Shown one piece after another: positions 11,105 through 21,041 of a stretch of DNA of 64,000 nt. Origin of the DNA: Candidatus Latescibacterota bacterium (GTDB lineage: Bacteria > Latescibacterota > UBA2968 > UBA8231); assembly GCA_965206595.1 (NCBI GenBank), contig OZ242214.1, positions 6,912,001 through 6,976,000 of the forward strand. The letters are read 5' to 3'. The notes below the pieces were generated by a model. That model was given only the letters and a program-made list of their open reading frames with translations, was not told where the DNA came from and searched no databases. The first letter of the stretch is position 1; each line of letters begins with the position of its first letter. Made by a program: the position numbers and the translations under genes.

Positions 11105-12334
11105 CTACTCGGATGTATCCAGGATGGCCAATGCCGCCTCGATATGAGCTACCGCCTTCCGATCCCCATCGAGGGCTTCAGCGATGAGCGCGCGTGCCCT
11201 GGCGCGGGCGTCCTCCGGAAAGTTGTCTTCATGCTTCGCTGTATGGCATATCTCGTAAAGCGGCTCCAGCGCATCCAGTTCCCGTTCATACTGGGCAGCC
11301 GCGGCGTTCAGCTCACCACCCGCTTCCGGGAACATGGCGACGAGCTCCCGAAGATATCCCGCGGCACCTTGCCGGCTGGCCCGGATGATCCGGGCGTGAA
11401 AATGGGAATGGAAGGGAGAACCATCCTCCGACTCGAGGGCCTCACTCCAGAGCTCGTAGGCGGCAAATCCGCGAGCGTCGACATCGAACACGGCCTCTGA
11501 CGGGTCATAGCGCGTTCCGTTCGCGAAAGCGACGGCATTCCGGAGCGCGGTGCGGTGGGTTGTCCTTTCGTCAATTTCCGACGGACCGTCGTAAACCATC
11601 ACGTTGAACAACTCGACCGGGTCGGTATGGCCGATGGCATCATAGCGAACGGAAAAATCGGACCCTTCCCGAGTTCGCCATTTGTGCTGGACGGTGTACG
11701 TCTCGTCCATGTCGTCGTAGCCGACGAGCATACCCCAATTTCCCGCCCCGATACCGCTCGCCTTCTGCTCAGGGCTCATCGCTTGCCAGGCCAGGGCGGG
11801 GATTCCCTTTTGCAGGCTCGCCCGAACGGCATCCCTCGCTTCCGCCTTGAGGGCGGGAAGGTCGACGTCGAGGTCCGCCTTTGTAGCGTGGAAAACACGG
11901 AACCGTGCTATCTGCGGGTAGAGATCGTACCAGAGCCACCAATCGAGGTTGGCGTCGTGCCAGACTTCCCCGCCGCCCTTTCGCATCTCGAAGGCGAAGG
12001 CGTGTCCGGTGACGCCGCGCAGACGATCGGTGGACCACTCCCTTCGTCCGGCGCTCTGCAACATGGGATGGAGGACGGAGATGAGAGTCGAAAGGTTCGG
12101 TTGCGAGGGGTGGGCGTCCACGAGGAGAGGCATCGTCCGATCTCCTTCCGGGGCGGGATCGGTCAGATCTGCGCCCGTTGAGGATGTGGCGGTTACAGCC
12201 GGGGCAAGAATACCGGACACGTCGTCGGCGCCGGAGAGTGTCGCCGTCAGCCAAAGGGCAGACAGCACCAGTACGCCCTGCATACCTGGTCCGTCGCGAC
12301 CTCCCGGTGGGCGGGGATACCTGATAGTCCTCAT
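11105..12334 (-). CDS. Hypothetical protein, possibly BtrH/peptidase C39-like fold; start uncertain
   Basis: LRGVTGHAFAF, SLQKGIPALAW, LVGYDD, GFAAYELW motifs; coding-like composition. Confidence 0.55.
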   Translation of the reverse strand: MRTIRYPRPPGGRDGPGMQGVLVLSALWLTATLSGADDVSGILAPAVTATSSTGADLTDPAPEGDRTMPLLVDAHPSQPNLSTLISVLHPMLQSAGRREWSTDRLRGVTGHAFAFEMRKGGGEVWHDANLDWWLWYDLYPQIARFRVFHATKADLDVDLPALKAEARDAVRASLQKGIPALAWQAMSPEQKASGIGAGNWGMLVGYDDMDETYTVQHKWRTREGSDFSVRYDAIGHTDPVELFNVMVYDGPSEIDERTTHRTALRNAVAFANGTRYDPSEAVFDVDARGFAAYELWSEALESEDGSPFHSHFHARIIRASRQGAAGYLRELVAMFPEAGGELNAAAAQYERELDALEPLYEICHTAKHEDNFPEDARARARALIAEALDGDRKAVAHIEAALAILDTSE

Positions 12335-12550
12335 GATGGCAGTGGGGGAGCTGAAAGCGATGGAGGTCGATAGCCCGAGCTCCCCCCGAGCAGTCTCCTG
12401 TATTTGGATATTGGTGCCCGATTCCGGGTCGGCTCACGCCGAGTCTGCGACCGACCCCGGCTTGCCGGTCCGACCGGGCTGCACCTGGGCTCCTGGTGCC
12501 TGCGCGCGTAAGTAAGCGGCCGAATTCTCGCGGAAGTGCGCGCGCAGGAA

Positions 12551-13687
12551 CTAGTGCAGAAGGCGGTATCTCACGTCCCGGAAAGCCGTGCTGCTCTCCC
12601 ACACCATAAAGCCGAAAGCCCCCGCGCGGAAGGTCTCGTCGGCAACCTGGTTGACCAGCTTCCCATCGACGTACGAGGTCAGAGAGGCACCCCGGGCTGC
12701 GATCTGGACCTCGTATTCCTGGCCGGCGTGAAGGGCGTGGTTCACTACGCTCAGCTTGGTTACACCGCGGCCGACGACCCTGCTGAAGGCAACCGCCTGC
12801 CATCCCAGGAGGAAATCAAGCATATAGAAGTTCCTCCCGTCCTCTGACAGGCGGAAGGCCGCCTGAGCGTTCCCTCCGGAGATCGGGGTCACCAGAAAGG
12901 AGAGCTCGTAGTCGGACCAGGTCGGCTCCCCGGCGATGAGCAGGGGGGACTCCTCCCCGAGTTCCCTGCTGTCACCGACGATGGCGTTGCCTTCGACTCT
13001 CCAGGTCTTCTCGAAAGCGACTCGCTCCGCGACCGGATGCGGCCTCCAGGAGGACAGTCCCTCATCGGCTGGAACCACCTGCCAATTGATGAGCCCCCTC
13101 ATTCCCCCGATGACGTCGCGGGGGGAGGTCTCCGGAGAGGCGGTGGGCTCGTGTGATTTCCTTGCCATGTCCCGGATCCTTTCTCGCATCAGTCTGCGCG
13201 ATCTGTGGAGTCGGCTCTTTGCAGTACCGACGGGTATGCCGAGCTGTTCGGCGATTCGATTGAGCTCCATACCGGCAAGATAGAAAAGGGTGACGGCGGC
13301 CCTGTCCGGCGGCGCGAGGCTGTTGACCAGGACCTTGAGCTCTCTGTAGTCGAGGGAGGCCTGCAAGTCCGATGCGAGCAAATCGTTCCTCAACTCGTAC
13401 TCCGGAAGGCGTTCCCGCTCGAGCCGCTTTTGCCGCAGCATCTTTCGGGCGACGTTGCGGGCGATGGTGTGGAGCCATGCCGGGAATTTGCCGGGGTCTT
13501 TCAGATCATCGAGGCGCCGGCAGGCCAGGATGAACGCTTCCTGCGCGGCATCCTCGACATCGTCCGGATCGCCGAGAAGGGATGAAACCGTTCGAACGAC
13601 GCTTGCCCAATGCCTGTCCACAAGCAGGCGAAAGGCATCCTGACTGCCCTGGTTGCACCTGGCAACGAGTTCCTGGTCCGAGAACAC
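12551..13687 (-). CDS. ECF sigma-70 factor with C-terminal DUF1080-like (ConA-fold) domain
   Basis: Region 2 (DVEDAAQEAF, FPAWLHTIARN) and region 4 (IAEQLGIPVGTAKSRLHR); C-terminal WRVEGNAI, WSDYEL, VDGKLV. Confidence 0.85.
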   Translation of the reverse strand: MFSDQELVARCNQGSQDAFRLLVDRHWASVVRTVSSLLGDPDDVEDAAQEAFILACRRLDDLKDPGKFPAWLHTIARNVARKMLRQKRLERERLPEYELRNDLLASDLQASLDYRELKVLVNSLAPPDRAAVTLFYLAGMELNRIAEQLGIPVGTAKSRLHRSRRLMRERIRDMARKSHEPTASPETSPRDVIGGMRGLINWQVVPADEGLSSWRPHPVAERVAFEKTWRVEGNAIVGDSRELGEESPLLIAGEPTWSDYELSFLVTPISGGNAQAAFRLSEDGRNFYMLDFLLGWQAVAFSRVVGRGVTKLSVVNHALHAGQEYEVQIAARGASLTSYVDGKLVNQVADETFRAGAFGFMVWESSTAFRDVRYRLLH

Positions 13688-13835
13688 GCTTCTCCCTCAA
13701 TCCCGTGCCGGTCGGATCGGATTGCACATTAATGATCCGGGAATTCACCCCGGGTTCACGAAAAATCGAGGAGTAATTGCGCAGCCTGCACAACCGTGGC
13801 CGGTGCCATTATATTGACGACCGAGGGGAGAACGG

Positions 13836-14257
13836 ATGAATGAACTGCTAGTATTTTTGCGAGCGTGTTTTTCCGCGAGGTATTCCAGCCCGTCCTCGAG
13901 TCGGAGTTTCCCGGGGTTCTGACCAAGCTGAGCGCCGGCGTCGTGGGAGGTGGGTCGGACAGTCTGGGAACGGACGACGAACTGTCCCGCGATCACGACT
14001 GGGGGGTAGGCCGGTGCCGGTTGTGCCTGCCCGAGGATGAGGCAGCGGACAAGGGTCGCGCCATCTCGGAGGCACTGTCCGCGGCAGTACCTGAAGGATA
14101 TCTGGGACTGCCGAGGAATGTGCATTCTGAGGGACTGCTGCCGGACGCGAAACCACGCCATGCGATGGGGGCGTTCGATCTGATCGGGAGCATCGAGTCG
14201 GAAGAAATTAAGGATATCGGGCGTGAGCTGGACCCGAATCTGGGACCAGATCTGTAG
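13836..14257 (+). pseudogene. DUF4037-like protein N-terminal fragment
   Basis: GVVGGGSDSLGTDDELSRDHDWG motif; frameshifted start and early truncation. Confidence 0.65.
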
Positions 14258-14354
14258 GGAGAGAGACTATATTCACTTCCGGTCCCCTCTTAAAGACCGG
14301 AGCGCGGGGAAGCCCCATGCCGGATACATCTGGGTTCAAACAGAAGGTGAGTTT

Positions 14355-16295
14355 TTGAAAAAGAGACTGTTGTTCAACTGTACCCTGTTGTTCGTGTGTG
14401 TCCTGTTCGTCCCGAACAGCTTTGCCCAGGACTATACCCGCTGGAGGTTGCCCGAAGGGGCCAAAGCGCGATTCGGCAAGGGAGGATGGCTAATTGATTT
14501 TGATTTTTCACCCGGTGGCACTCGGCTGGCGGTGGCCAGTAGCATCGGCATCTGGATTTATGATGCGCACACCGGTGAGGAAGTCGCCCTTCTCACCGGA
14601 CATGAGCATTTCGTTTACTCGGTAGCGTTTTCTCCCGATGGCCGCACCCTGGCCAGTGGGAGTGTGGACAACACGGTCCGGTTATGGGATGCAGTCACCG
14701 GCCAACCGCTAGCGACTCTGGAGGGGCATGAGGCTTCGGTTTTTTCCCTGGCATTTTCTCCGGATGGCGGCATCCTGGCCAGTGGGAGCGCCGACGGGAC
14801 GATTCGGTTGTGGGATGAAGTCACCGGCCAACCGCTGGGGAATCTGGAGGTGCATAGGGATGGGGTAAGTTCCGTAACGTTCTCATCGGATGGGCGCACG
14901 CTGGCCAGTGCAAATTGGGACCGCACGATCGAGTTGTGGGATGTGGAAACCGGCCAACTCGAGACGACTCTGGAGGGGCATACCGAATTTACCTTGTCCC
15001 TGGCATTCTCCCCCGATGGCGGTACGCTTGCCAGCGCAAGTTTGGACGGACCGGTTCGGTTGTGGAATGTGGGCAGCGCCCAACAACAGGCCGCCCTGGA
15101 GGGGCATACGGGGATTGTCGTTTCCCTTGCGTTTTCCCCTGATGGCCAAACCTTGGCTAGTGGAGGTTACAGAGAGATTCGGTTGCGGGATGCGGGAACC
15201 GGCCAACCCCTGGCCACCCTGGTGGGGGATGAAGAACTGGTCGTGTCCGTGGGGTTTTCACCGGAGGGCCGCATCCTGGCCAGTGGGGGTCTGGACAAAA
15301 AGGTCCGGTTGTGGGATGTGGGCACTGGTAAGATCAAGGCGACCCTTGATGGACATTCAGATGCGGTTACTTCGGTATCGTTCTCACCGAATGGGCGAAC
15401 GCTGGCCAGTGCGGGTTGGGACGGCACGATCCGGTTGTGGGGTGTGGACACCGGCCAGATTCTGGCCACCCTGGATGGGCATTCGGATGGGATCGGTGAA
15501 GTGGCATTCTCACCTGATGGGGGCACGCTGGCCAGTGGCAGTGGGGACCATACGGTTCGGTTGTGGGATGCGGAAACCGGCCAACTTCTGGCGATCCTTG
15601 AAGGGCATTCGGATGGGGTTAACTCCGTGGCATTCTCTCCTGATGGGGGCACGCTGGCCAGTGGCAGCGGGGACCACACGGTTCGGTTGTGGGATGTGGC
15701 CAGCGGCCAACCTCTGGCGATCTTCGATGGGCATACGCATTGGATCCACTCCGTTGCATTCTCCCCGGATGGGACCACCCTGGCCAGTGGCAGCGGGGAC
15801 CACACGGTTCGGTTGTGGGATGTGGCCAGCGGCCAACCTCTGGCGATCCTCGATGGGCATACGCATTGGATCCACTCCGTTGCATTCTCCCCGGATGGGA
15901 CCACCCTGGCCAGTGGGGGTCAGGACGGAGCGATTCTTTTGTGGGACATGTCGCCGTATCTCGCCCCGGCTGATGTCACCACGGAAGTGAGGGACGCCGC
16001 GGCGCAAGGTGTGCCCGCCACCAGCGGCCTGGAGCCCAATGTCCCCAATCCCTTCAACGCCAGCACCCGGATTGCCTACCGCCTGGCCACCACCGGTCCG
16101 GTGCGGCTGGAGATCTACAATATGCTGGGCCAGCCGGTGCGCACGCTGGTGGACGAGTCCCAGACCGCCGGCTTCTACACGGCCCACTGGAACGCCCGCG
16201 ACCAGTGGGGCTCGGTTGTGGCCGTGGGGGTGTATTTCACGCACCTGCATTTCCCCGGCGGAGTAGAGACCCGGCGCCTGCTCTACCTCAAGTAG
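14355..16295 (+). CDS. Secreted WD40-repeat protein with C-terminal FlgD-Ig/T9SS-like domain
   Basis: Signal peptide, LPEGAKARFGKG, about 12 WD40 repeats, PNPFNASTRI...LEIYNMLGQPVRTLV...WNARD tail. Confidence 0.9.
   Translation: MKKRLLFNCTLLFVCVLFVPNSFAQDYTRWRLPEGAKARFGKGGWLIDFDFSPGGTRLAVASSIGIWIYDAHTGEEVALLTGHEHFVYSVAFSPDGRTLASGSVDNTVRLWDAVTGQPLATLEGHEASVFSLAFSPDGGILASGSADGTIRLWDEVTGQPLGNLEVHRDGVSSVTFSSDGRTLASANWDRTIELWDVETGQLETTLEGHTEFTLSLAFSPDGGTLASASLDGPVRLWNVGSAQQQAALEGHTGIVVSLAFSPDGQTLASGGYREIRLRDAGTGQPLATLVGDEELVVSVGFSPEGRILASGGLDKKVRLWDVGTGKIKATLDGHSDAVTSVSFSPNGRTLASAGWDGTIRLWGVDTGQILATLDGHSDGIGEVAFSPDGGTLASGSGDHTVRLWDAETGQLLAILEGHSDGVNSVAFSPDGGTLASGSGDHTVRLWDVASGQPLAIFDGHTHWIHSVAFSPDGTTLASGSGDHTVRLWDVASGQPLAILDGHTHWIHSVAFSPDGTTLASGGQDGAILLWDMSPYLAPADVTTEVRDAAAQGVPATSGLEPNVPNPFNASTRIAYRLATTGPVRLEIYNMLGQPVRTLVDESQTAGFYTAHWNARDQWGSVVAVGVYFTHLHFPGGVETRRLLYLK
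15654..15916. repeat. Near-perfect 126-bp tandem duplication (two WD40 units)
   Basis: 15654-15779 and 15780-15905 differ at one position seen (TCTTCG vs TCCTCG). Confidence 0.9.
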
Positions 16296-16515
16296 CCCGG
16301 ACGCCGCAGCCCCATTATCGGATACATCATCGTTCTTTCGATCGGGCTGCATCTCAGGAGGGTCGGCCTCATCGTCTATGGGGACGGACGCGGTCAGGAC
16401 GGTTGGGGCTTCAACCTCCACATCATATGGTTGAGATCACCGGCGCCGGACCCGACGGCGAAACTCCGGACCCGCACCCGGCGATCAGACCGACCACAAC
16501 CCGCCCCGGCTCCGG

Positions 16516-19500
16516 TCAACCGCCTGGAACCGGGACCCCTCCCCCCGCCGTCTCCGCCCCCCCGCCCGCCGCGGAGAAGTGACGGCCGAAAAACCGCCCC
16601 ATGTCGTCGGTCAGCGAGTACATCACCGGCACGAGGACCAGGGTCAGGAAGGTGGCGAAGAGGATGCCGACGATCACGGCGATCGCCATCGGGCCCCACC
16701 ACGCGGCCTGCTCGCCCCCCCAGTACAGGTCCGGATCGAGACTCCCGTAGAGGCCGAAGAAGTCGAAGTTGAGCCCGATGGCCAGCGGCACCAGGCCGAG
16801 GGCGGTGGTGACCGCGGTCAGGATCACCGGCCGCAGGCGCGTGCGCCCTGCCCGGATGAGGGCGGCCTGGCGCTCGAGACCGTCGCGCCGGCGCAGCAGG
16901 TCGATGTAGTGGACGAGGACGATGGCGTTGTTGACCACGATCCCGGCCAGGGAGATGACGCCGACGCCGGTCATGATGATCCCGAAGGGCATGCGGAACA
17001 CCATGAGCCCGAACAGGACCCCGGCGGTGGACATGATCACCGAGGTGAGGATGATGAGGGGCTTGATCACCGAGTTGAACTGGGTCACGAGGATGAAGGC
17101 GATCAGGCCCAGGGCCGCCAGGAAGGCGGTGGTCAGGAACTGCATGGCCTCGGCCTGGTCCTCCTGCTGGCCGGTGTAGCGCACCGTGTAGCCGGGCGGC
17201 AGCTCGTTCTCGACGAAAGGTTCCAGGCTCTGCTGCACCTCGGCGAGCACGGCGTTCTTGTTCAGGCCGGCGCGCACGTCGGAGCTGATCGTCGCCATGC
17301 GGTCCATGTCCTTGCGGCGGATCGAGCCGAGCCCCTCCCCCACCGTCCAGCGGGCCACGGACACCAGCGGGATGGGCTCGCCCGGACCGTTCTGGACGAC
17401 CAGGTCGCGCAGCGACTCGAGGTCCTTCCGCCAGGGCTCGGCGAGGCGGACGACGATGTCGTACTCGTCGTTGCCGGTGCGGTACTGGCTCGCCTCCGTG
17501 CCCTGCACGGCGGTGCGCACCACGCCGGCCACGTCCGCCGTCGACAGCCCGAACAGGGCGGCCCGCTCGCGGTCTACGTGCACGGCCAGCTCCGGGCGGG
17601 CTTCGTCGAGGTCGCTCTCCAGGCCGCTGAGCCGTTCCCCGACGGGGGCGTTCCTCAGGATCTGCAGCATGCGGTCGGACAGGTCCTTGAGCACCGCGGG
17701 ATCCTTGCCGGCGATCTCGATGTTCACGGGCGCTCCCGAGGGCGGCCCGTCCACCGGCTTGTCCACCGAGATCTCGGCGCCGGCGATCTCGCGTCCCACC
17801 CTTTCCTGCATGTGCGCCAGGGTCAGGAAGCTGTCGAACCGGCGCTCCTGGAAGTCGATGAAGTTCACCATCAGGCGCGCGTCGTTGGCTCCCTGGGTGC
17901 CGCCCATCAGCGGGTTGCCGCCGGCACCGACGGTGGTCACCGCGGATTCGGCGTCTTCGTAGCCCTCGACGCCGCGCACCTGCAGCTCCAGCTCGCCGGC
18001 GATGCTGTCGAGGAACTCGACGCGCGTGCCTACCGGCGCCTCGACGTCGACCCAGACCTGCCGCGGCGGAATGTCCTCCGGGAAGAACACGATGCCGCTG
18101 TTGAACAGGGAGAAGGCGATTGCCATGGCCGCCAGCACGGAGAAGGATGCGGCCACGACGGTGAGACGATGGCCGAGGGCCCAGCCGAGGACGCCCTCGT
18201 AGCGGTCGACCAGCCAGGGAAGGCCCGTGCTCTGAAAGCGGCGAGCCAGGGGACCGAGGATCCACCGGTGGGACAGCGTGGCCGCCAGGGCGGTGGCGGC
18301 CAGCAGGACCAGGGTCAGGGCGTTGACCGCGGCCAGCCCTGCGGCCCCCAGAAGGGCCAGGGCGATCAGCACCAGGCGACCCGACCGCGGCAGCCGGGGC
18401 CGGCGTTCGCCCTCCAGGCGCAGCCACCGGCTGCACAGCACCGGGACGATCACGAGGGCGACGAACAGGGAGCTGGACAGGGTCACGATCAGGGTCGTGG
18501 GCAGGTATTTCATGAACTCCCCGACCGTGCCCGACCAGAACAGGAGCGGACCGAAGGCGGCCAGGGTCGTCAGCGTCGAGGCGATGACGGGCAGGGCCAC
18601 CTCCCCGGTGGCCTTGCGCGCGGCCGCGGCCCGCTCCCAGCCCTCCTCGACGTAGCGGTAGGTGTTCTCGACGATGACGATGGCGTTGTCCACCAGCATG
18701 CCGAGGGAGAGGATCAGCGAGAACAGGACCACCATGTTCATGGTCACGCCGAGCAGCCCGAGGAGGAGAAAGGAGAGCAGCATCGACGTCGGGATGGCGA
18801 CGCCGACGAAGGACGAAGTGCGCACGCCGAGGAAGAACAGGAGCACACCGACGATCAGCAGCAGGCCGGAGAGGATGTTGTTCTCCAGGCTGTTGACCAT
18901 CATGCGGATGTCGCGGGACATGTCCGAGGTCGTCTTCACCACCGTGGCGGGCGGGAAGTCCGCCTCCATCCGGGCGATCTCCGCGTGCACGGCGTCGGCC
19001 GTCTCGATGATGTTCTTACCCGTTCGCTTGATCACGTCGAGGGTCACCACCGGCCGGCCGTCGAGACGGGCGTAGCTCTGGCGCTCGGCGAACCCGAAAT
19101 CCACCTCGGCGACGTCGCGTACGTACACCGGGCGGCCCCCGGGTGCGTCCACGACGAGGTCGCCGATCGACACGGGGTCGTCGATCTCGCCGTCGACGCG
19201 GACCAGGAACTTCCGCTCCCCCACGTCGATCGAGCCGCCGGGGATGTTGACGTTCTCGTCGCGCACCGTCTCGACCACGTCCTTCAGGGTCAGGCCGTAG
19301 TAGAGCAGCCGCGGCAGGGAGACGTCGACCTGCACCTCGCGCTCGCGGCCTCCGCGCAGGTCGACGCGCAGCACCGACGGGATCTGCTCGAGGCGGTCCT
19401 GCAGCTCCTCGCCCACCTGCTTGAGGCGGACCAGCCCGTACTCACCGGACAGGTTCACCTGCAGGATCGGCAACTCCTGAAAGTCGAACTCGAAGATGCG

Positions 19501-19917
19501 GGGCTCCTCGGCGTCGGCGGGGAGCTCGGCTTTGGCCAGATCGACCTTCTCGCGCACCTGCCGCAGGGCCTCGGGCAGATCGACCTCGGTGCTGAACTCG
19601 GCCACCACGCTGGAGTAGCCCTCGACGGAGGTCGAGGTCAGCTCCTTCAGGTCGGGGATGGTCTTCAGGTCCTGCTCCATCACCCGCGTCACCAGCGATT
19701 CCATGTCCTTCGGCGACACCCCCGGGTAGAAGGTGTTGACGGCGATCACCGGGATCTCGATCTCGGGGAAGGCCTCCTTGGGGACGCCGCGGTAGGCCAG
19801 AGTGCCGGCCAGGGCGATGATGGCGAACAGCATGAGCACGCTGGTGCCGTGACTCACCGCCCACGAGGTGACGGGCAGTTCGTTGAAGGCGTCGCCGCCG
19901 CCGGGACGATCGGTCAT
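16516..19917 (-). CDS. RND efflux permease (AcrB/AcrD/AcrF family)
   Basis: PKEAFPEIEIP, LGMLVDNAIVIVEN, GIVVNNAIVL, RLRPVILTA motifs; ATG at 19917. Confidence 0.95.
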   Translation of the reverse strand: MTDRPGGGDAFNELPVTSWAVSHGTSVLMLFAIIALAGTLAYRGVPKEAFPEIEIPVIAVNTFYPGVSPKDMESLVTRVMEQDLKTIPDLKELTSTSVEGYSSVVAEFSTEVDLPEALRQVREKVDLAKAELPADAEEPRIFEFDFQELPILQVNLSGEYGLVRLKQVGEELQDRLEQIPSVLRVDLRGGREREVQVDVSLPRLLYYGLTLKDVVETVRDENVNIPGGSIDVGERKFLVRVDGEIDDPVSIGDLVVDAPGGRPVYVRDVAEVDFGFAERQSYARLDGRPVVTLDVIKRTGKNIIETADAVHAEIARMEADFPPATVVKTTSDMSRDIRMMVNSLENNILSGLLLIVGVLLFFLGVRTSSFVGVAIPTSMLLSFLLLGLLGVTMNMVVLFSLILSLGMLVDNAIVIVENTYRYVEEGWERAAAARKATGEVALPVIASTLTTLAAFGPLLFWSGTVGEFMKYLPTTLIVTLSSSLFVALVIVPVLCSRWLRLEGERRPRLPRSGRLVLIALALLGAAGLAAVNALTLVLLAATALAATLSHRWILGPLARRFQSTGLPWLVDRYEGVLGWALGHRLTVVAASFSVLAAMAIAFSLFNSGIVFFPEDIPPRQVWVDVEAPVGTRVEFLDSIAGELELQVRGVEGYEDAESAVTTVGAGGNPLMGGTQGANDARLMVNFIDFQERRFDSFLTLAHMQERVGREIAGAEISVDKPVDGPPSGAPVNIEIAGKDPAVLKDLSDRMLQILRNAPVGERLSGLESDLDEARPELAVHVDRERAALFGLSTADVAGVVRTAVQGTEASQYRTGNDEYDIVVRLAEPWRKDLESLRDLVVQNGPGEPIPLVSVARWTVGEGLGSIRRKDMDRMATISSDVRAGLNKNAVLAEVQQSLEPFVENELPPGYTVRYTGQQEDQAEAMQFLTTAFLAALGLIAFILVTQFNSVIKPLIILTSVIMSTAGVLFGLMVFRMPFGIIMTGVGVISLAGIVVNNAIVLVHYIDLLRRRDGLERQAALIRAGRTRLRPVILTAVTTALGLVPLAIGLNFDFFGLYGSLDPDLYWGGEQAAWWGPMAIAVIVGILFATFLTLVLVPVMYSLTDDMGRFFGRHFSAAGGGAETAGGGVPVPGG

Positions 19918-19928
19918 TCCCGGTCCGC

Positions 19929-21041
19929 TCACAGGCCGCGGCGGGGTACGATGCGCAGGCGGTCGCCGTCCGCCACCTGCTCCTGGCCGACGACGATCAG
20001 GCGCTCCGCGGGCGACAGGCCGGAGGTGGCCACCACCTCGTCGCCGCCGGAGGCGCCGAGGGTGACGGGCCGCGCCCGGGCGACGGGGCCGTCCACCCCG
20101 TCGGCGGCGACGAAGGCGGTGAAGCCCTCCTCGGTGCGCACCAGGGCCTGGTTCGGCACCACGATGGCCCCCGGGTGGACTTCGAGCTCGAGCGTCACTT
20201 CGGCGACCATGGCCGGTTTGGCCCCGGCCACCGGACGCTCGAGGTCGAGCTCGACGGGGAAGGTGCGCTGGCGGCCGTCGACCGCGGCCCCCACATAGGT
20301 CACGGTGGCCTTGCAGGTGTCTTCGAGGGCGGCGAAGGCGACGGTTGCCCGGTCGCCGGGGGCAACCTTCGCCGCGTAGCGCTCGGGAACGCCGGCGGTC
20401 ACCTTCAGCGGCTCCAGGTCGAGGATGCGGGCCACCGTCTGGCCCGGTGAGACGACCGAGCCGACCTCCACGGGGCGGCGGTCGAGCAGGCCGTCGAAAG
20501 GGGCGCGCACGACGGTGCGGCGCAGCCGCGCTTCGATCAGGCCGAGCCGGGCGCGGGACTGGTCGGCTGTGTACCGGGCTTCGACGTACTCCTCTTCGGT
20601 GCCGATGCCGTCCACTTCGTAGAGCCGCTTCCTGCGCCCCCACAGGTCCTCGTCCAGCGCCGCCTGGGCCTCGGCCTCGTCGCGCTGGGCCCTCAGCAGC
20701 TCGTCGTCCAACCGCACCAGGGCCTGTCCGCGGCGCACCTTCTCCCCCTTGTCGGCCAGCACCGCCGCCACCGTGCCGCCCTCCTCGGCGGCCACCATCA
20801 CCTCGCGGTCGGCGCGCACCGTGCCGGTCAGGCGGATCGCGTCGGTGAAGGGCCGCGGGGCCAGGGTCTCGACTTCGACGTTGACGACGCGGCGGTTGGC
20901 GTTCGCGGTCGCCTCCAAGGCAGCGGACTCGTCGGCGGCCCCGGGCGCTTCTCCGCAGCCGCCGAGGGCGAGCAGGGCCGCGCTGGCGGCCGGCAGCAGG
21001 GCGCCAAGGACGCGGCGCCCCGATGGCAGTTGATTCCTCAC
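19929..21041 (-). CDS. RND membrane fusion protein
   Basis: LGGC lipobox, lipoyl-like halves (GEKVRRGQAL; VRAPFDG), VVPNQAL. Confidence 0.9.
   Translation of the reverse strand: MRNQLPSGRRVLGALLPAASAALLALGGCGEAPGAADESAALEATANANRRVVNVEVETLAPRPFTDAIRLTGTVRADREVMVAAEEGGTVAAVLADKGEKVRRGQALVRLDDELLRAQRDEAEAQAALDEDLWGRRKRLYEVDGIGTEEEYVEARYTADQSRARLGLIEARLRRTVVRAPFDGLLDRRPVEVGSVVSPGQTVARILDLEPLKVTAGVPERYAAKVAPGDRATVAFAALEDTCKATVTYVGAAVDGRQRTFPVELDLERPVAGAKPAMVAEVTLELEVHPGAIVVPNQALVRTEEGFTAFVAADGVDGPVARARPVTLGASGGDEVVATSGLSPAERLIVVGQEQVADGDRLRIVPRRGL

Noticed and set aside
15654-15916. Repeat pair considered as a diversity-generating retroelement template/variable pair
   Set aside because: No reverse transcriptase in the window; the copies are adjacent and in frame with only one difference.
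16579-20298. 1239-aa plus-strand ORF
   Set aside because: Antisense shadow of the GC-rich RND gene; no recognisable motifs.
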